A DNA stretch of 56,664 nucleotides, the filler included, from Catajapyx aquilonaris (taxonomy: Eukaryota), in NCBI GenBank assembly GCA_000934665.2. It is 4 parts of 4 records of this genome, joined end to end, with 100 filler letters (N's around TTAATTAATTAA, not from the genome) between each part and the next. Parts side by side here need not be neighbours in the genome. Positions count along the whole stretch, not along the records: positions 28,148 to 42,425 come from KZ539750.1; positions 42,526 to 56,664 come from JYFJ02007927.1; 2 more parts are not named here. One strand, written 5' to 3'. Within the stretch, counting starts at the first letter, position 1. Each line of letters opens with the position of its first letter. Shown piece by piece: positions 37,432 through 49,005 of the stretch. Made by a program: the position numbers and the translations under genes. Below the pieces are notes generated by a model that saw only the letters and a list, made by a program, of their open reading frames with translations, was not told the origin of the DNA and made no database searches.

Positions 37432-38606
37432 CCGCGCTTATCGGTAGTTAAAATCAGCCTGTTTGCTTGTTTGTCCAGCATCTTGTTTCACCACGTAGTA
37501 CTACTACCCCTGGCATGGCCCTGAGAGTGGCAGGAGTTTGGTGAGAGGGAGGATGCGCCATCTATGTGAGACATATTGTGAACAGGTTGGTGGCTGAATT
37601 GATGACTCACCCCCTGACAAACATACCAGTACTGTAAATAAATTTTGACGAAATCGGGTTGCTCCGGTGCGGTGGGGAAGAGGGACGAGTTCCAATCTAA
37701 TTGCGAATATAATTGAGAACCCTGGTGCGCATGTAGAAAGTGGAGCAATTAGCGTAAAATCCGAGTGCGCATCACGCCCAGTAAAATGCCACTCAAGCCA
37801 TGCTCATGCAGGGGGGGGGGGNNNNNNNNNNNNNNACAAAAAGGGGCGTCGTTAAGTCGGCTGAATGGCAGCTTTTTACGCAGAAAATGCTCTGTGTACA
37901 TAACACAAAAGGTCTTTTTTCCACCCCCTCCCTCCCTCCCTCTTCGCCCCCTCTCCCCTCCAACAGAGAGCAGAAGGCATTTTCCCGCCGCCGGCTATCT
38001 AATCGAATATATCGATTATTGCTGGGAAACGCGTCTTGTTTTAGGGAGGGTGGGTTAGATGGATTGCGCTCCCCCTCCCCACCCACCCACCATGCAATCG
38101 ACGTACTGTACACTCATGGGGGAGATGGGCATGACGACATCATTACTCAACAATTGCAAGGGACACACACCACCAAAAAGTGGCTAGACACACTTACACG
38201 TGGGTCGTATTCAGAAACGCGGACTGGTGAGGTCTAACTCGTTTGCAATGGCATCACACTCAATGCTTTGGTTGTAAATGACGTCATTTTAATCTTGAAA
38301 AAGCTAGGTCTTTCAAAACGCTGCCACAAACGGCGAGTAGGCTTAAACATCACTAGCCCGACACTAGTGTGGACTAGGCTGCACGTTTAGGGCGATTTAG
38401 TGCGGTCTAACTCGTGGTGTCACTGCAGTGTGGCCAACATTGTCTGAAATGTTCCTATAAAATCCGCGATATTTTATTTTCATTTCATTTATTTTAGCAT
38501 ATTTTTATTTATATACCATATATTATTTATTGTTTTCTTTATACATATTATTTATTCTATTTTCTTCATATACAAGTATATTATTATATTCTATTTTCTT
38601 CATATA

Positions 38607-39026
38607 CAGGGTGTATCTTAACTCAGTGCCCCGACGTATATGACTGCCTTCCTAGCCACCAGAGGATCGATTTAACTATAGGAGTCATATGTCTGGGCAG
38701 CCTCATTACTGAGATAATTGAGTACAAAATATCCTGTCGGTTAGGCCACCCATCGAACCCTCCCCCAGTCAGAAGGCTCTGGAAGGTCTGGGGGCGGGAC
38801 TTTGTTGGTTTGTTGCCCACAGGTGGTAAGGCCTCTTTGGCTAGTTACACCAGAAAATTCTATTTAAAAGTCAGAAGGAGCGATTTAATATAGGCAAAAA
38901 TCGCTAAAGAGTGTATCTCAGTAATGAGGCTGCCCAGACATAATGACTCCTCTACATAAGTTGATCCTCTGGTGGCTATAGGAAGGCAGTCATATACGTC
39001 GGGGCACTGAGTTCAGATACACCCTG
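38607..39026. mobile_element. Tc1/mariner-type MITE with ~110-bp TIRs
   Basis: TA|CAGGGTGTATCTTAACTCAGTGCCCCGACGTATATGACTGCCTTCCTA ... TAGGAAGGCAGTCATATACGTCGGGGCACTGAGTTCAGATACACCCTG|TA. Confidence 0.88.
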
Positions 39027-39059
39027 TATATTATTTATTCTATTTTCTTCTTATTTTTA

Positions 39060-39500
39060 GTTTTATTTTGTTTACTTATTTTCATTATTTTTATTGTTTA
39101 TTTGTCATTATTTTTATTGTTTATTTATTTTCAGTGTTTATTTATTTTCATTTATTTTCATTGTTTATTTATTTTCATTTATTTTCATTGTTTATTTATT
39201 TTCATTTTATTTTCATTGTTTTTTATTTTCATTTATTTTCATTGTTTATTTATTTTCATTTATTTTCATTGTTTATTTATTTTCATTTATTTTCATTGTT
39301 TATTTATTTTCATTTTATTTTCATTGTTTTTTTATTTTCATTTATTTTCATTGTTTATTTATTTTCATTTATTTTTATTGTTTATTTATTTTGTTTATTT
39401 TTCTTCGTTATTATAATATTACGTTTTATATTTAATTTATTCTGTTTGTTTTATTTGTTTTATTTTTTCTTTTCTTTTCTTTTTTCTTATATGTTTATGA
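39060..39500. repeat. T-rich minisatellite, 27-bp unit TTTATTTTCATTGTTTATTTATTTTCA
   Basis: Directly visible tandem units; these explain the spurious hydrophobic ORFs at 39068-39508. Confidence 0.9.
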
Positions 39501-40950
39501 TATTTTAATTATTACCAAACCTCTCCAACTGCTTCTAATATAACTGAGGTGAAAGTTTAGTGAAAAATCACGTTTTGTGTGTGGGAATAACCTGATGGGG
39601 TTTTGCAGGGTGTCGGTGACTAGCGTAGTGTGACATGGGGTATGTTGGGGTTCAAATTTTTTAAAAAATAAATACAGAAATATTACTATCTGGACGACCT
39701 ATCAGTTTATGTTGGATCACAAAATTTGGCTGATTTTGGGAGGGGGACAAGGACAGAAAATTTTGGGGGGTGGGCCGAAGAGGAGGGGGGTAATTGGCTG
39801 GCAGCGTTACCATGACAATGGCCCGCAAAACTGAAAGAGGAGGGCAGAAGGGGGGGAGGAGGGGTGGTGGTTGCAGCAGCAGCAAAGGGGNTAATTCAAT
39901 CGGCGCCAACGACTTGCTCCATCGACAATTGGCACCGCCCAATCACAAATCCCCACCTCTTTAATTCGCCTTTTCGCCCCCACCTCTCCAATTCCCTTCC
40001 CCCCTTCCCTCTCGTCCCATTGTCACCAAAAAAAAGAGAGAGAGGGAGGGAGGTAAAAGCGAACAAAAATCGTCGTGTTTATACCCAATCACACTCCTCA
40101 TTAAATCGTCCCCAAAAACCCCTCATTGCAAGGACCGGGGGGGAAAAAAACCCCCGCGGATTACGACACTATACCTCCTCATTGCCGAATAATGCTCCTA
40201 TTAATTTCGCAATGAAATCATGTAAGGCGAAATTCTGGCCAGCACGGCCGAAAAAATGAGCGAAAATCTGCCAATAAAAATTCCAACCTGTTATTAGAAA
40301 GTCACGACGATTTTTCGACACCAATCTGCTGATTACCAAAGTCTATATAAACCCGAAGATAATATAGCTTTTGTAAAAGTAAATGCTTAATAAGCAGCTT
40401 TTACTAGTAACAATGCGATTGGAACAGTAACTGCAGCTTATGAGATAAAATAGTTGTTCTCATCAGTAGTTGGGAAAGTAACTGCTTCTACCGATAACAG
40501 TTTAATTTTAAGCAAGTTATGTGAAACAATATAGCTTTTTGGGAAACAACTGTTTAATAACGAGCAGCTTATAAGATGACATAGCAGTTGGGAAAGTAAC
40601 TGCTTCATAAGCAGCTTATATTTAAAAATATAATAATAACGACTGGGTATGTAACTTTGATTTTAAGCAAGTTATGTGAGCCAATATAGCTTTTTGGGAA
40701 ACAACTGTTTAATAACAAGCAGCTTATAAGATGACATAGCAGTTGGGAAAGTAACTGCTTCATAAGCAGCTTTATAGTAAATAATATAATAATAATAACG
40801 AATCCTGGGTATGTAACTTTGATTTTAACCAAGTTATGTGAACCAATATAACCTTTTGGAAAGAATTGCTTAATAACCCACAGTCTACATAATATAGCCG
40901 TTGGAAGAGTAACTGCTTAATAGCAAGCAGCTTTTATAGAACGTATTATA

Positions 40951-41166
40951 CAGTGTGTCTCAACTTTTTTGTCCGAACAATTATCGGAAATATTGCACTA
41001 AGCTGCTTATTCTTTTTAGCAGTGACTTGCAACCAGTGATGCTTCCCTGACTTTATCAGTTGACGGATGTGCCAGGAATAATGTTGGGGCATATTCTGGC
41101 TACATAGCTAGAAGATACATAGGCTTTTCCGATAACTGTTCGGACAAAAAAAGTTTAGACACCCTG
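40951..41166. mobile_element. Tc1/mariner-type MITE nested in the array
   Basis: TA|CAGTGTGTCTCAACTTTTTGTCCGAACA ... TGTTCGGACAAAAAAAGTTTAGACACCCTG|TA. Confidence 0.8.
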
Positions 41167-41431
41167 TATAAATATAGTCTATGGAGAGGATGGGAATGTA
41201 ACTATTTTGTTCAAGTTTTGTGAGACAAATCTTTTGGAAAAATAACTGATTAATAATTAGCAGCTTATACGAGGTAACATAGCATTTGGAAAAGTAGCTA
41301 CATAATTAGCAGCTAATTCGAGATAATATAGAGTTCAGTAAAGTAACTGCTTGATAAGAAGCTGCTTGCGAGATAATGCAGCAGTTGGGAAAGTAACTGT
41401 TCCATAATAATCAGCTTTATTGCAGACAATG

Positions 41432-41639
41432 CAGGGTGGTCCAACATCAAGTGTCGTTTTATAACGGCTATTAATAGAAGCGCTTTACGATTGACGTAGC
41501 AGCGACGTGTAAAATTGCCCACTTAGTTGGCGCCGAAGATGCGCCGAAGTGGGACATTTTACGCGTCGCTGCTACGTCATCGCAAAATCACTGCTATTAA
41601 TCGCCGTTATAAAACGACACTTGATGTTGTACCACCCTG
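41432..41639. mobile_element. Near-fully palindromic 208-bp MITE nested in the array
   Basis: CAGGGTGGTCCAACATCAAGTGTCGTTTTATAACGGC ... GCCGTTATAAAACGACACTTGATGTTGTACCACCCTG; an empty paralogous site lies at ~41881-41945. Confidence 0.85.
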
Positions 41640-42425
41640 TATAGCTATTAGAAAAGTAACTGGCCAAAATAAGCTGTTTATTATGGAACAGTTACTTTCC
41701 CAACTGCTACATTATCTCTCAAGCAGCTTCTTATCAAGCAGTTACTTTACTGAACGCTATATTATCTCGAATTAGCTGCTAACTATGTAGTTACTTTCCC
41801 AAAAGCTCGTATAAGCTGCTAATTATTCATCAGTTACTTTTCCAAAAGATAATGTAGCAGTTGGGAAAGTAACAGTTCCATAATAATCAGCTTTATTGCA
41901 AACAATATAGCTATTGGAAAAGTAACTGGCCAAAATAAGCTGCTTATTATGGAACAGTTACTTTCCCAACTGCTACATTATCTCGCAAGCAGCTGGGTCA
42001 TTCCATGTCAATTCACCGAGCCCCCTGACCCTTGGGTTGTCAGATTTTGACGAAAATCGGCGAATCGCTTTAATTACGTCTTTCAAAAATACCATTTGCG
42101 CGGTTTTGAGATTTACCCCCCCTCCCCGGAGATAGGCCCACCGAAAAAAACGTCATTTTCGGAAGGTAGGGTTTCAGAAATCGGTCATATCTCGTGAACC
42201 AATTGAGCTACAGATGTCATAGACCGCTCCCTTTGAAGAGATTCGAGAGCCCAATCTCACTAAGGATTGAAAATTCGCATTTTGACTTTTTTGAAAATTT
42301 TGTCCCATTTTCAAAATTTCAATTTTTTAAAAAAAAAAAAATCCGCCTATTTTAAAAATCCGATTTTTAAATAATGTTGTAGCTCAGACCATTTCCCTCA
42401 CATAGAAAAAAATCTCAGGAGGACT

Positions 42426-42525
42426 NNNNNNNNNNNNNNNNNNNNNNNNNNNNNNNNNNNNNNNNNNNNTTAATTAATTAANNNNNNNNNNNNNNNNNNN
42501 NNNNNNNNNNNNNNNNNNNNNNNNN
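42426..42525. other. Artificial scaffold spacer N44-TTAATTAATTAA-N44
   Basis: Same 100-bp spacer as at 13982. Confidence 0.97.
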
Positions 42526-43375
42526 TGGAGGTCCGGATGGAGGAGATGGAGAGGAGGCTGCTGGGGAAGCTGGAGGACCTCCTCCGGGCGGGGGAAGGGC
42601 CACCATGGGAAGGGATGGCCGGCCGGAGGAGGAGGAGGGAGGCCGCCGCTGGTGGTGGGACAGCAGCAGACGCCACGGGGATGAGGGACGGTGGGTCATC
42701 CCTTCACAGCAACACAAGCGCAAGGGTTCCATTGATATGTACTCTTTGCACTTCGTAGGATCAACTCTGTACAGCTCAATTCCAGAGCCGCCTGCATGTG
42801 AAGCGCACTGTCAGGGGTTGCCGGAAGAACCGCCGCAAGAAGAAGAGTTTGTACCGGTGAGGTGCGTCAAAGTGGAGGTTGAGGACCAGTGGGAGTCGCA
42901 ACAGGCTGCGGAGGAGGAGCAGGCCATCCCTGACGACACCACTGTTAAGCAACAGCCTCATGGCGAGGTAAATTGTGCGTCACCTTAGGTATAACGTGAT
43001 ATCAGACACTGCGATGCTTCTTTTCGCAGGAGGACTGGGAGGAAGAGAGTGCGGGTGAGAATCATGTTCGCCAACCGTCCTGGGAATCTCATGATGGCAC
43101 TTCGCATCAGGTACAATCTGGTTTGCGAGCATGATCTGCCTATGTTTAGAATTAGTCCGCGCAGCATGACGCACTGGCAACAAGCTTGTGAATCACGTCT
43201 TGGCCAATATATATCTTACTTTAACCTCTCGTAGGAAACGGGCTCGACACTGCTGGTGCCAGGGCATGAAGAGAGCCAGCCTTCTTGCAGCACTGCCATG
43301 CAAACCGGCGACAATATCTCGGAGCAGCAACCACCAGGAGGGCTTCTTAAAGTCAGTCAAGGAATTACAGCCAAG
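42526..43375 (+). CDS. Shared N-terminal exons of a putative nuclear protein (5' end probably truncated); exons ~42526-42690, 42759-42967, 43030-43110, 43235-43375
   Basis: GT-AG introns of 68, 62 and 124 bp with consistent phases (1,0,0) give one open frame: MEEMERRLLGKLEDLL (coiled-coil like), an acidic linker with VKVEVED, ending ..QGITAK|GTGAAT in phase 0. Confidence 0.62.
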
Positions 43376-43741
43376 GTGAATATGCTCGCACTGATTTAAT
43401 TTCATGCAAATTTGCTTGGGAAAATTACTTCCTTATTCGATTGGACATTGATTGGTCATGATTGGTAAAAAATCTTACCTTTCGGTCTTATGACCTTAGT
43501 TGCCTTTACTTCTGCTGCTAAACTGAGATAAACTAATCCGGAGAATATTCAACTGCCGACATTTAATCAAAATTATATTATTAAGTGTGGAGTTGGGTCT
43601 AAATTTTGGGGCTGGTGCTTCTCTTTCTTTCCTTCATGCGCGGGCAATCGTCTGCTCGTTTAGTAATTGTCTTATAAAAAAGTCAGCATGTGTGAACCCC
43701 ACCAGAGAGCGTCGATCACATCTCAAGTGTCCATTTCAAAG

Positions 43742-44155
43742 GTGACAATACCAGGGAAAAGGAAGACGTTGACGCTGGCCCAGAGGATTCAAGTGCTCAA
43801 GGAAATTGACAAAGGAGTCGGTGCGAAAGGCGTGGCAGCAATGTTCGGTGTGGGTAAGACACAGGTGTACGATTGCATCAGGAACAGACAGCAGCTCACA
43901 AGGGAATGGTTTTCTGGTGCGGGCGACCACGTGAAGAGGAGGCTCAAGAAGACCAGGAACGAAGATATCAACAACATGACCTACGAGTGGTTTGTTTACG
44001 CCAAATCGAAAAACTTACCCGTGTCTGGACACCTAGTGCAAGCGAAAGCGAAAGAGATCGCTGCGAACCTCGGCGTCACAACATTCACTGCCTCAAACGG
44101 ATGGTTAGAAAGCTTCCGTAAGCGCCACGGCATATCGTGGAAGACGTTCAAGTGA
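43742..44155 (+). CDS. Terminal exon encoding a CENP-B/pogo (Tigger)-type bipartite HTH DNA-binding domain, without DDE domain
   Basis: KRKTLTLAQRIQVL..VAAMFGVGKTQVYDCIRNR (HTH1) and EWF...NLPVSGHLVQAKAKEIA..FTASNGWLESFRKRHGI (HTH2), then a stop. In-frame phase-0 acceptors lie before 43706 or 43742. No TIRs seen. Confidence 0.82.
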   Translation: MTIPGKRKTLTLAQRIQVLKEIDKGVGAKGVAAMFGVGKTQVYDCIRNRQQLTREWFSGAGDHVKRRLKKTRNEDINNMTYEWFVYAKSKNLPVSGHLVQAKAKEIAANLGVTTFTASNGWLESFRKRHGISWKTFK

Positions 44156-45429
44156 CAAAGGAAGGACATGCCTCTCAACAAGGCTTGTGACATTTCAAAA
44201 GAAAAAGGCCCTCCTGACAAAGTCGGCTTGTAAAATATTTGAAGACATGGTATTTGTTAAGGCCCTGTTGTTTAGTAGCGGGATATATTTTTTATAACTG
44301 TCAGTTTGTATTCGAAGTGTCGAGAAAGTCGTATGGCAGTGATGTTATTTGTTATTGGTTATTCGGCGATCCAGCTATCTCTTCGCTGGTATTACTCGAG
44401 TAGTTTTAACACAGTCAAGGTCCTGATAGTCTGAACTCGGATTTTACTTAAATCGTCATAGATTTCTGATGAGCCAAATTATTCGTGGGGGTTTTAATAT
44501 CAGGATGGCGCTTTTTGATGTTCGCTTCTCTTTTCCATGGTTTGTTTATTTGCCTGAAATGTTCGTAATGAAAAATTATGTCTCTAAGCGAGCTACCAAG
44601 GGTGGACTAATAATGAAGCCTCTCGACAAACCAATGTACTTAACTCTGATTAAACACAGGCCTGCTGCATGCTTTGTTCTTTCCGAATGCGAATGTTGCA
44701 AAATTGTGCGGCAAACTTGCACTTTCCTTTGGAAAATTTAAATATCATATTATTTTACTTTCAAAAAATTTGTACAATAATATTATATTCTACTAGCTGG
44801 AGATGAATTATTAAATAAAATATGTGAAACCCGGATGTTCCGACTGGACGATCGCGTAATTAATTTAAAAAAATTGAAACGTCATTAGTCAGGTAGATGT
44901 AGCGTGTATAAAAAAGAAGATGACGAGCCAGCCGTTGTTATTAAATGAATTAATTTCTACCAAAGTATTGCATCTTCTTTAGTGTGTTGAATGCTATTTA
45001 TTCCGTAAATGTTGCTAAGGGTTGTTGGAATTGATTGGATGTATTTTTCACATGAAGGGAAATAAATCAATTCAAACGCTTTTTTTAAGAGTGGGTTACA
45101 TTTGGCTCCCAATTTGTGTTAATGGTGTACGATCCTATTGCGATTTAATAAGTTGCAATCGTAATTAGACGGTGACATCTTCTGATCCACTTTGAATGAT
45201 GCGACCTTGCCTTTTAAATCGTTAAAATTATACAAACAATATATCATGGCATTGTTTTTATTTATTTTTAAAAAATTTAGAGACGTTACGTCACGCCTTC
45301 TGTTCATGCGATTGAAACGGAGCCTGGCGATGAGAACGGAATGAACGTGAAGCATAGAGGTCGCAGGAAGCAGGTCAGTACCAAACGAGGTCTTCATGAA
45401 GCGTTGCTCATGTTATTTTCCATCCGCAG

Positions 45430-45879
45430 GCAAATCATCTGTCATCGCACCTTATTAAGCACTCGTCTGGGATACATTGCTCGGTGACTACCTGCAAAAA
45501 TAAGCAGGGCGATCCAAATGCATCTTGGTCCTTCCATAGGTTTCCAGTGATTGACAGTACGAGGTAAGTGACGTCACAAAATTATACGCAGTGTAACTCA
45601 TACGTCTCTTGTTTCAGGTGCAGCATCTGGATAAACAAGTCCGGAAATAATTCCCTATTCACGCTCGATGATCGCAGACTCCGTACCAGGCGGATATGCT
45701 CTGCCCACTTCAGGGCTGCGGACTACATGTTCCTGGACACGGCGGGGTCTCCCCGCCTCAAGCATGACGCCATACCCACCCAGAACCTGCCTCTCGACAC
45801 AGCTGGACTTTGGCCAACTTTTCATGGCAATGTTTGTGAAATTGCATCGCATACCGTGCATCGCATTGTTTTTTTTTAA
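45430..45879 (+). CDS. THAP zinc-finger module, exons 45430-45563 and 45618-45879; no start codon of its own
   Basis: Spliced product ANHLSSHLIKHSSGIHCSVTTCKNK..SFHRFP..RCSIWINKS..RRICSAHF..RLKHDAIPT has the C2CH, FHRFP, W and AVPT-box hallmarks of THAP. It begins at acceptor TTTTCCATCCGCAG in phase 0 and has a 54-bp GTAAGT..TTTCAG intron. Confidence 0.82.
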
Positions 45880-46058
45880 TTTAAAGAGGCAAAAAAATGC
45901 AACAAGTTCACATTTTTGCAAGTGTACGATGATAATGAATTTTGCGGTTATTAAATGCCTGGGTTTGAATTTACCATCACCAAGTAGTAGTGGTGGTAGT
46001 AATAATAATAATAATCACAAGCCTCGTTATTTTCTGGCACTCATCTTCTGGGTTATGC

Positions 46059-46445
46059 CAGGGGAGCATATACTACATAAGAGGCGCAAACATTCGATTT
46101 CCGCGTCTCTTTGTTTAGGGCGTTGCCAAGGCTGGCGGCCATTTTGAAGTGTGGGCAGCGCCAACGAGGTATAATAATAGGGTACAGGCAAAAATAGGGT
46201 CCGCCATCTTTGATTCGGGAGTGTTCTTGCCATGTAGTTGCCATGGCCGCCAAAACCATAAAAGTTGGCGGACCATACACGTGGACCATATTTTTGCCTG
46301 TACCCTATTTATACCTCGTTGGCGTTCCCCACACTTCAAAATGGCCGCCAGCCTTGGCAGCACTGCCCCAAACAGAGAGACGCGAACAACAAAGGCGCAA
46401 GGCGCCGACAGAAGTTTGCACCTCTTATGTAGTATATGCTCCCTG
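46059..46445. mobile_element. Foldback MITE with 7-bp TSD (P/Galileo-like)
   Basis: CAGGGGAGCATATACTACATAAGAGG / CCTCTTATGTAGTATATGCTCCCTG with long internal inverted arms; GTTATGC is duplicated at 46052-46058 and 46446-46452. Confidence 0.85.
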
Positions 46446-46457
46446 GTTATGCTGTAA

Positions 46458-46459
<2 letters not shown>

Positions 46460-46501
<42 letters not shown>

Positions 46502-46502
46502 A
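46460..46502. repeat. (GAT)n microsatellite
   Basis: Direct observation. Confidence 0.95.
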
Positions 46503-47269
46503 ATTATCATCATCAATCATCATCCAGTTATTCGCAAATTAGTCAAGAGATGTGCCAAAAAGGTAATTTGAACGAGTTAAATGCAACCTTATTACATAAT
46601 ATATTTAATACCGGCAACACATTTAAATAAAATAACCGGTTGTTGAATAGTAATTAATTCGAATTTTAACCGCCGCAAAAAAAAACAGTTGTTTATTTCG
46701 ATGTTGGCTACCCTGCTCAAATTGTGTCGGCACAAAAATTGCTGTAGTCTCTGATTGGCTCCATTTGACATCCCCAACCAATCATCGCACCGGACTGGCT
46801 CTTTAATTAAAACTTAATTTAATTAGGGCATATTTTATGTACGTTTTATAGTGTAATTTTTAATTATTATTTTTTTCAGTATAGATGAGCAGCGTATGTG
46901 TTCCACACGGTGGGTGGTTTGGACGCCGTAGTGCCAACCCTGGTAGTTTTTCGAACAGAACCTAACCCTTGCTTTATTTCCAACCCTCTTGTTTCCTTTT
47001 CCTTTTCCTGTTCCTTTTTTTTTCCTGCGACGTTCGGAAGAGGCTGCCGCGTCGTCCCTTCCTTCCAGGTGAGAATCCCCTTCAATCCTCTGTACCCATT
47101 GCCCAAGTACCCATCAGTACGTGGGCTAGAGATGCCCCTAGTCATACCCCACCAGTTGCACCCAAGTACAATAGGAATCACGCCCCGGGTAGGAAGGGAA
47201 GTGTTCGAGACATTTTCGAGAACATTTTTTCGGCCATGTTTTTTTTTCTTCTTCATCTTTATTATTATT

Positions 47270-48345
47270 ACTAGCAGGTTACCCGGCGTTGCCCAGGTAT
47301 GTTGGGGTGCTAGTAAAGATAGGGGTACATATCTGTGATAGATTACCTGCTTGTCTTATAGCGTACAGTCGACACGGATATTCTGATTGGATGTGTTAAA
47401 TGAGGAATGCGGATGGAGTTGGCCCAGGAAAAGACTGCACAGCTATGTGTTTTTTCCTCTGCATTTTTGACCCCTTGACCCCCCCCCCCCCCCAAACCCA
47501 CTTCACACCCCCACCTCGTTCCATATGTTTGCTCTGAAGAACTTTAGAAATGTGCGTACAGATGTATGACGGGAAATTTTGTTTTCGACACGGAGTAATA
47601 TTTTGCAACTGTATTATTTAATTGTATTTACTTTGTCTGGAAGTCTACTTTCAAATCCCACAAAATCCCGGAATTACCATAAGATACGAAGTCACGTGAG
47701 GTGGCCAATTAGCGTAATTGGTGGATGAGTTGAATTTACGGACATGGTATTTGCTAGGTATTGTGGCATAAGGACATTTCCTAGGGGAGACAAAGTGGCG
47801 CTGCGGAAACGTATGCTCCCACGGATGTTAAGGTCCCGGGTTCGATCCCAGCCCGGGGTTCCCTCCTTCATCCCGTGCAGAGTTGGGTCGTCTCTGGCTT
47901 CGTTTCGGGTGGAATCTCCTCAGACTAATCCACCCGGGGGAGTTCACAAAATGTACCCTTTGAGAATTGCACTTGCACCTTGCACATCCCCTCCCAGTCA
48001 CCGTGCCCGTGGGCCCGGGCGCTACGTAAAAAAGGTTCCATCAAGACGAAATAAAGGTTCCCTCCCTGCGGTACGATGCAGGGAGGTAAATAGCTAAAAA
48101 AAGAGAGGCATTTCCATGGGAATGCAAATTGATTTATTGTTATTGATGTAAGCTAATTGTTGAGGCAGGAATATGCGTGTTGTGGGAGTTAGGTACATTT
48201 TCAAAAGCTGAAACATGCGGCGTTAGATTCCTTGGAAAAAGTAACCCCCGAAGTGCTAATTTAAGGAGGTGTAGGGGCCTTACCCTGGATTTCTATAAGG
48301 GACAAACAAACTAACAATTAAGTTTCCTTATTTATAGATATAGAG

Positions 48346-48346
<1 letters not shown>
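47270..48346 (+). mobile_element. Helitron-like (Lep1/MINE-type) non-autonomous element
   Basis: Begins TACTAGCAGGTTACCCGGCGTTGCCC and ends GACAAACAAACTAAC...TTTATAGATATAGA, resembling recalled termini of insect rolling-circle non-autonomous elements; inserted in an ATT-rich site. Confidence 0.55.
47784..48102 (+). mobile_element. tRNA-derived SINE nested in the Helitron-like element
   Basis: A-box-like GTGGCGCTGCGG, B-box GGTTCGATCCC, A tail, and imperfect CATTTCC flanking repeats. Confidence 0.65.

Positions 48347-48408
<62 letters not shown>
48347..48408. repeat. (ATT)n microsatellite
   Basis: Direct observation. Confidence 0.95.
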
Positions 48409-48439
48409 TTGGGTTGGTGGTTTTAATCCAGTGTTCTAA

Positions 48440-48982
48440 TCATGGAGCATCAATTTTTAATGCTTTTTAGCAACAAAAAAGCATTAAAATTTGGAATGAA
48501 TTTTTAAAATGCTCTTCTAATGCTTTTTAGTGACAAAAAAGCATCACAAGAGCATGAAAAATTTACATGAAATTTTTTTAATGCTCTTTAGCAACAAAAA
48601 AGGATTAAAATTTAAATGAACATTTTAAATGCTCTTCTAATGCTTTTTAGCAGCGAAAAGAGCATCACAAAAGCATTGAAAATTGAAATAAATTTTTGAA
48701 AATTCTTTTCTAGTGCCTTTTAGCAACAAAAAAGCATCACAAGAGCATGAAAAATTTACATGAAATTTTTTTATGCTCTTTAGCAACAAAAAAGGAATAA
48801 AATTTAAATGAACATTTTGAATGCTCTTCTAATGCTTTTTAGCAACAAATAAGCATTAAAAACTGAAATTAATTTTTTAAAATTATTTTCTAATGCTTTT
48901 TAGCGACAAAAAAGCATCTCAAGAGCATGAAAAATTTGAATGAAAATTTTTAATGCTTTTTAGCAACAAAAAAAGCATTATT
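48440..48982. repeat. AT-rich tandem array (ATGCTCTTCTAATGCTTTTTAGCAACAAAAAAGCAT modules) just upstream of the PIWI coding start
   Basis: Repeated ~60-70-bp modules; related sequence occurs at ~19925-20100 on contig 2. Confidence 0.8.
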
Positions 48983-49005
48983 TCGATTTGATTCCTGCAG
49001 TTGGC

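Larger units (their letters stand above)
40330..41995. repeat. Complex direct and inverted repeat array (AAAGTAACTGC / AAGCAGCTT modules), foldback-like
   Basis: GCAGTTGGGAAAGTAACTG recurs many times on + and appears inverted (CAGTTACTTTCCCAACTGC) at ~41689 and ~41955. Confidence 0.7.

Noticed and set aside
39068..39508. Hydrophobic multi-TM-looking ORFs in three frames
   Set aside because: Translation of a T-rich 27-bp minisatellite.
28148..42425. Protein-coding genes on contig 3
   Set aside because: The listed ORFs are low-complexity or repeat-derived, with no recognisable domain or consistent exon chain.
43667..44155. Autonomous Tigger/pogo transposon
   Set aside because: Stop codon directly after the DNA-binding domain, with no DDE domain or TIRs seen.
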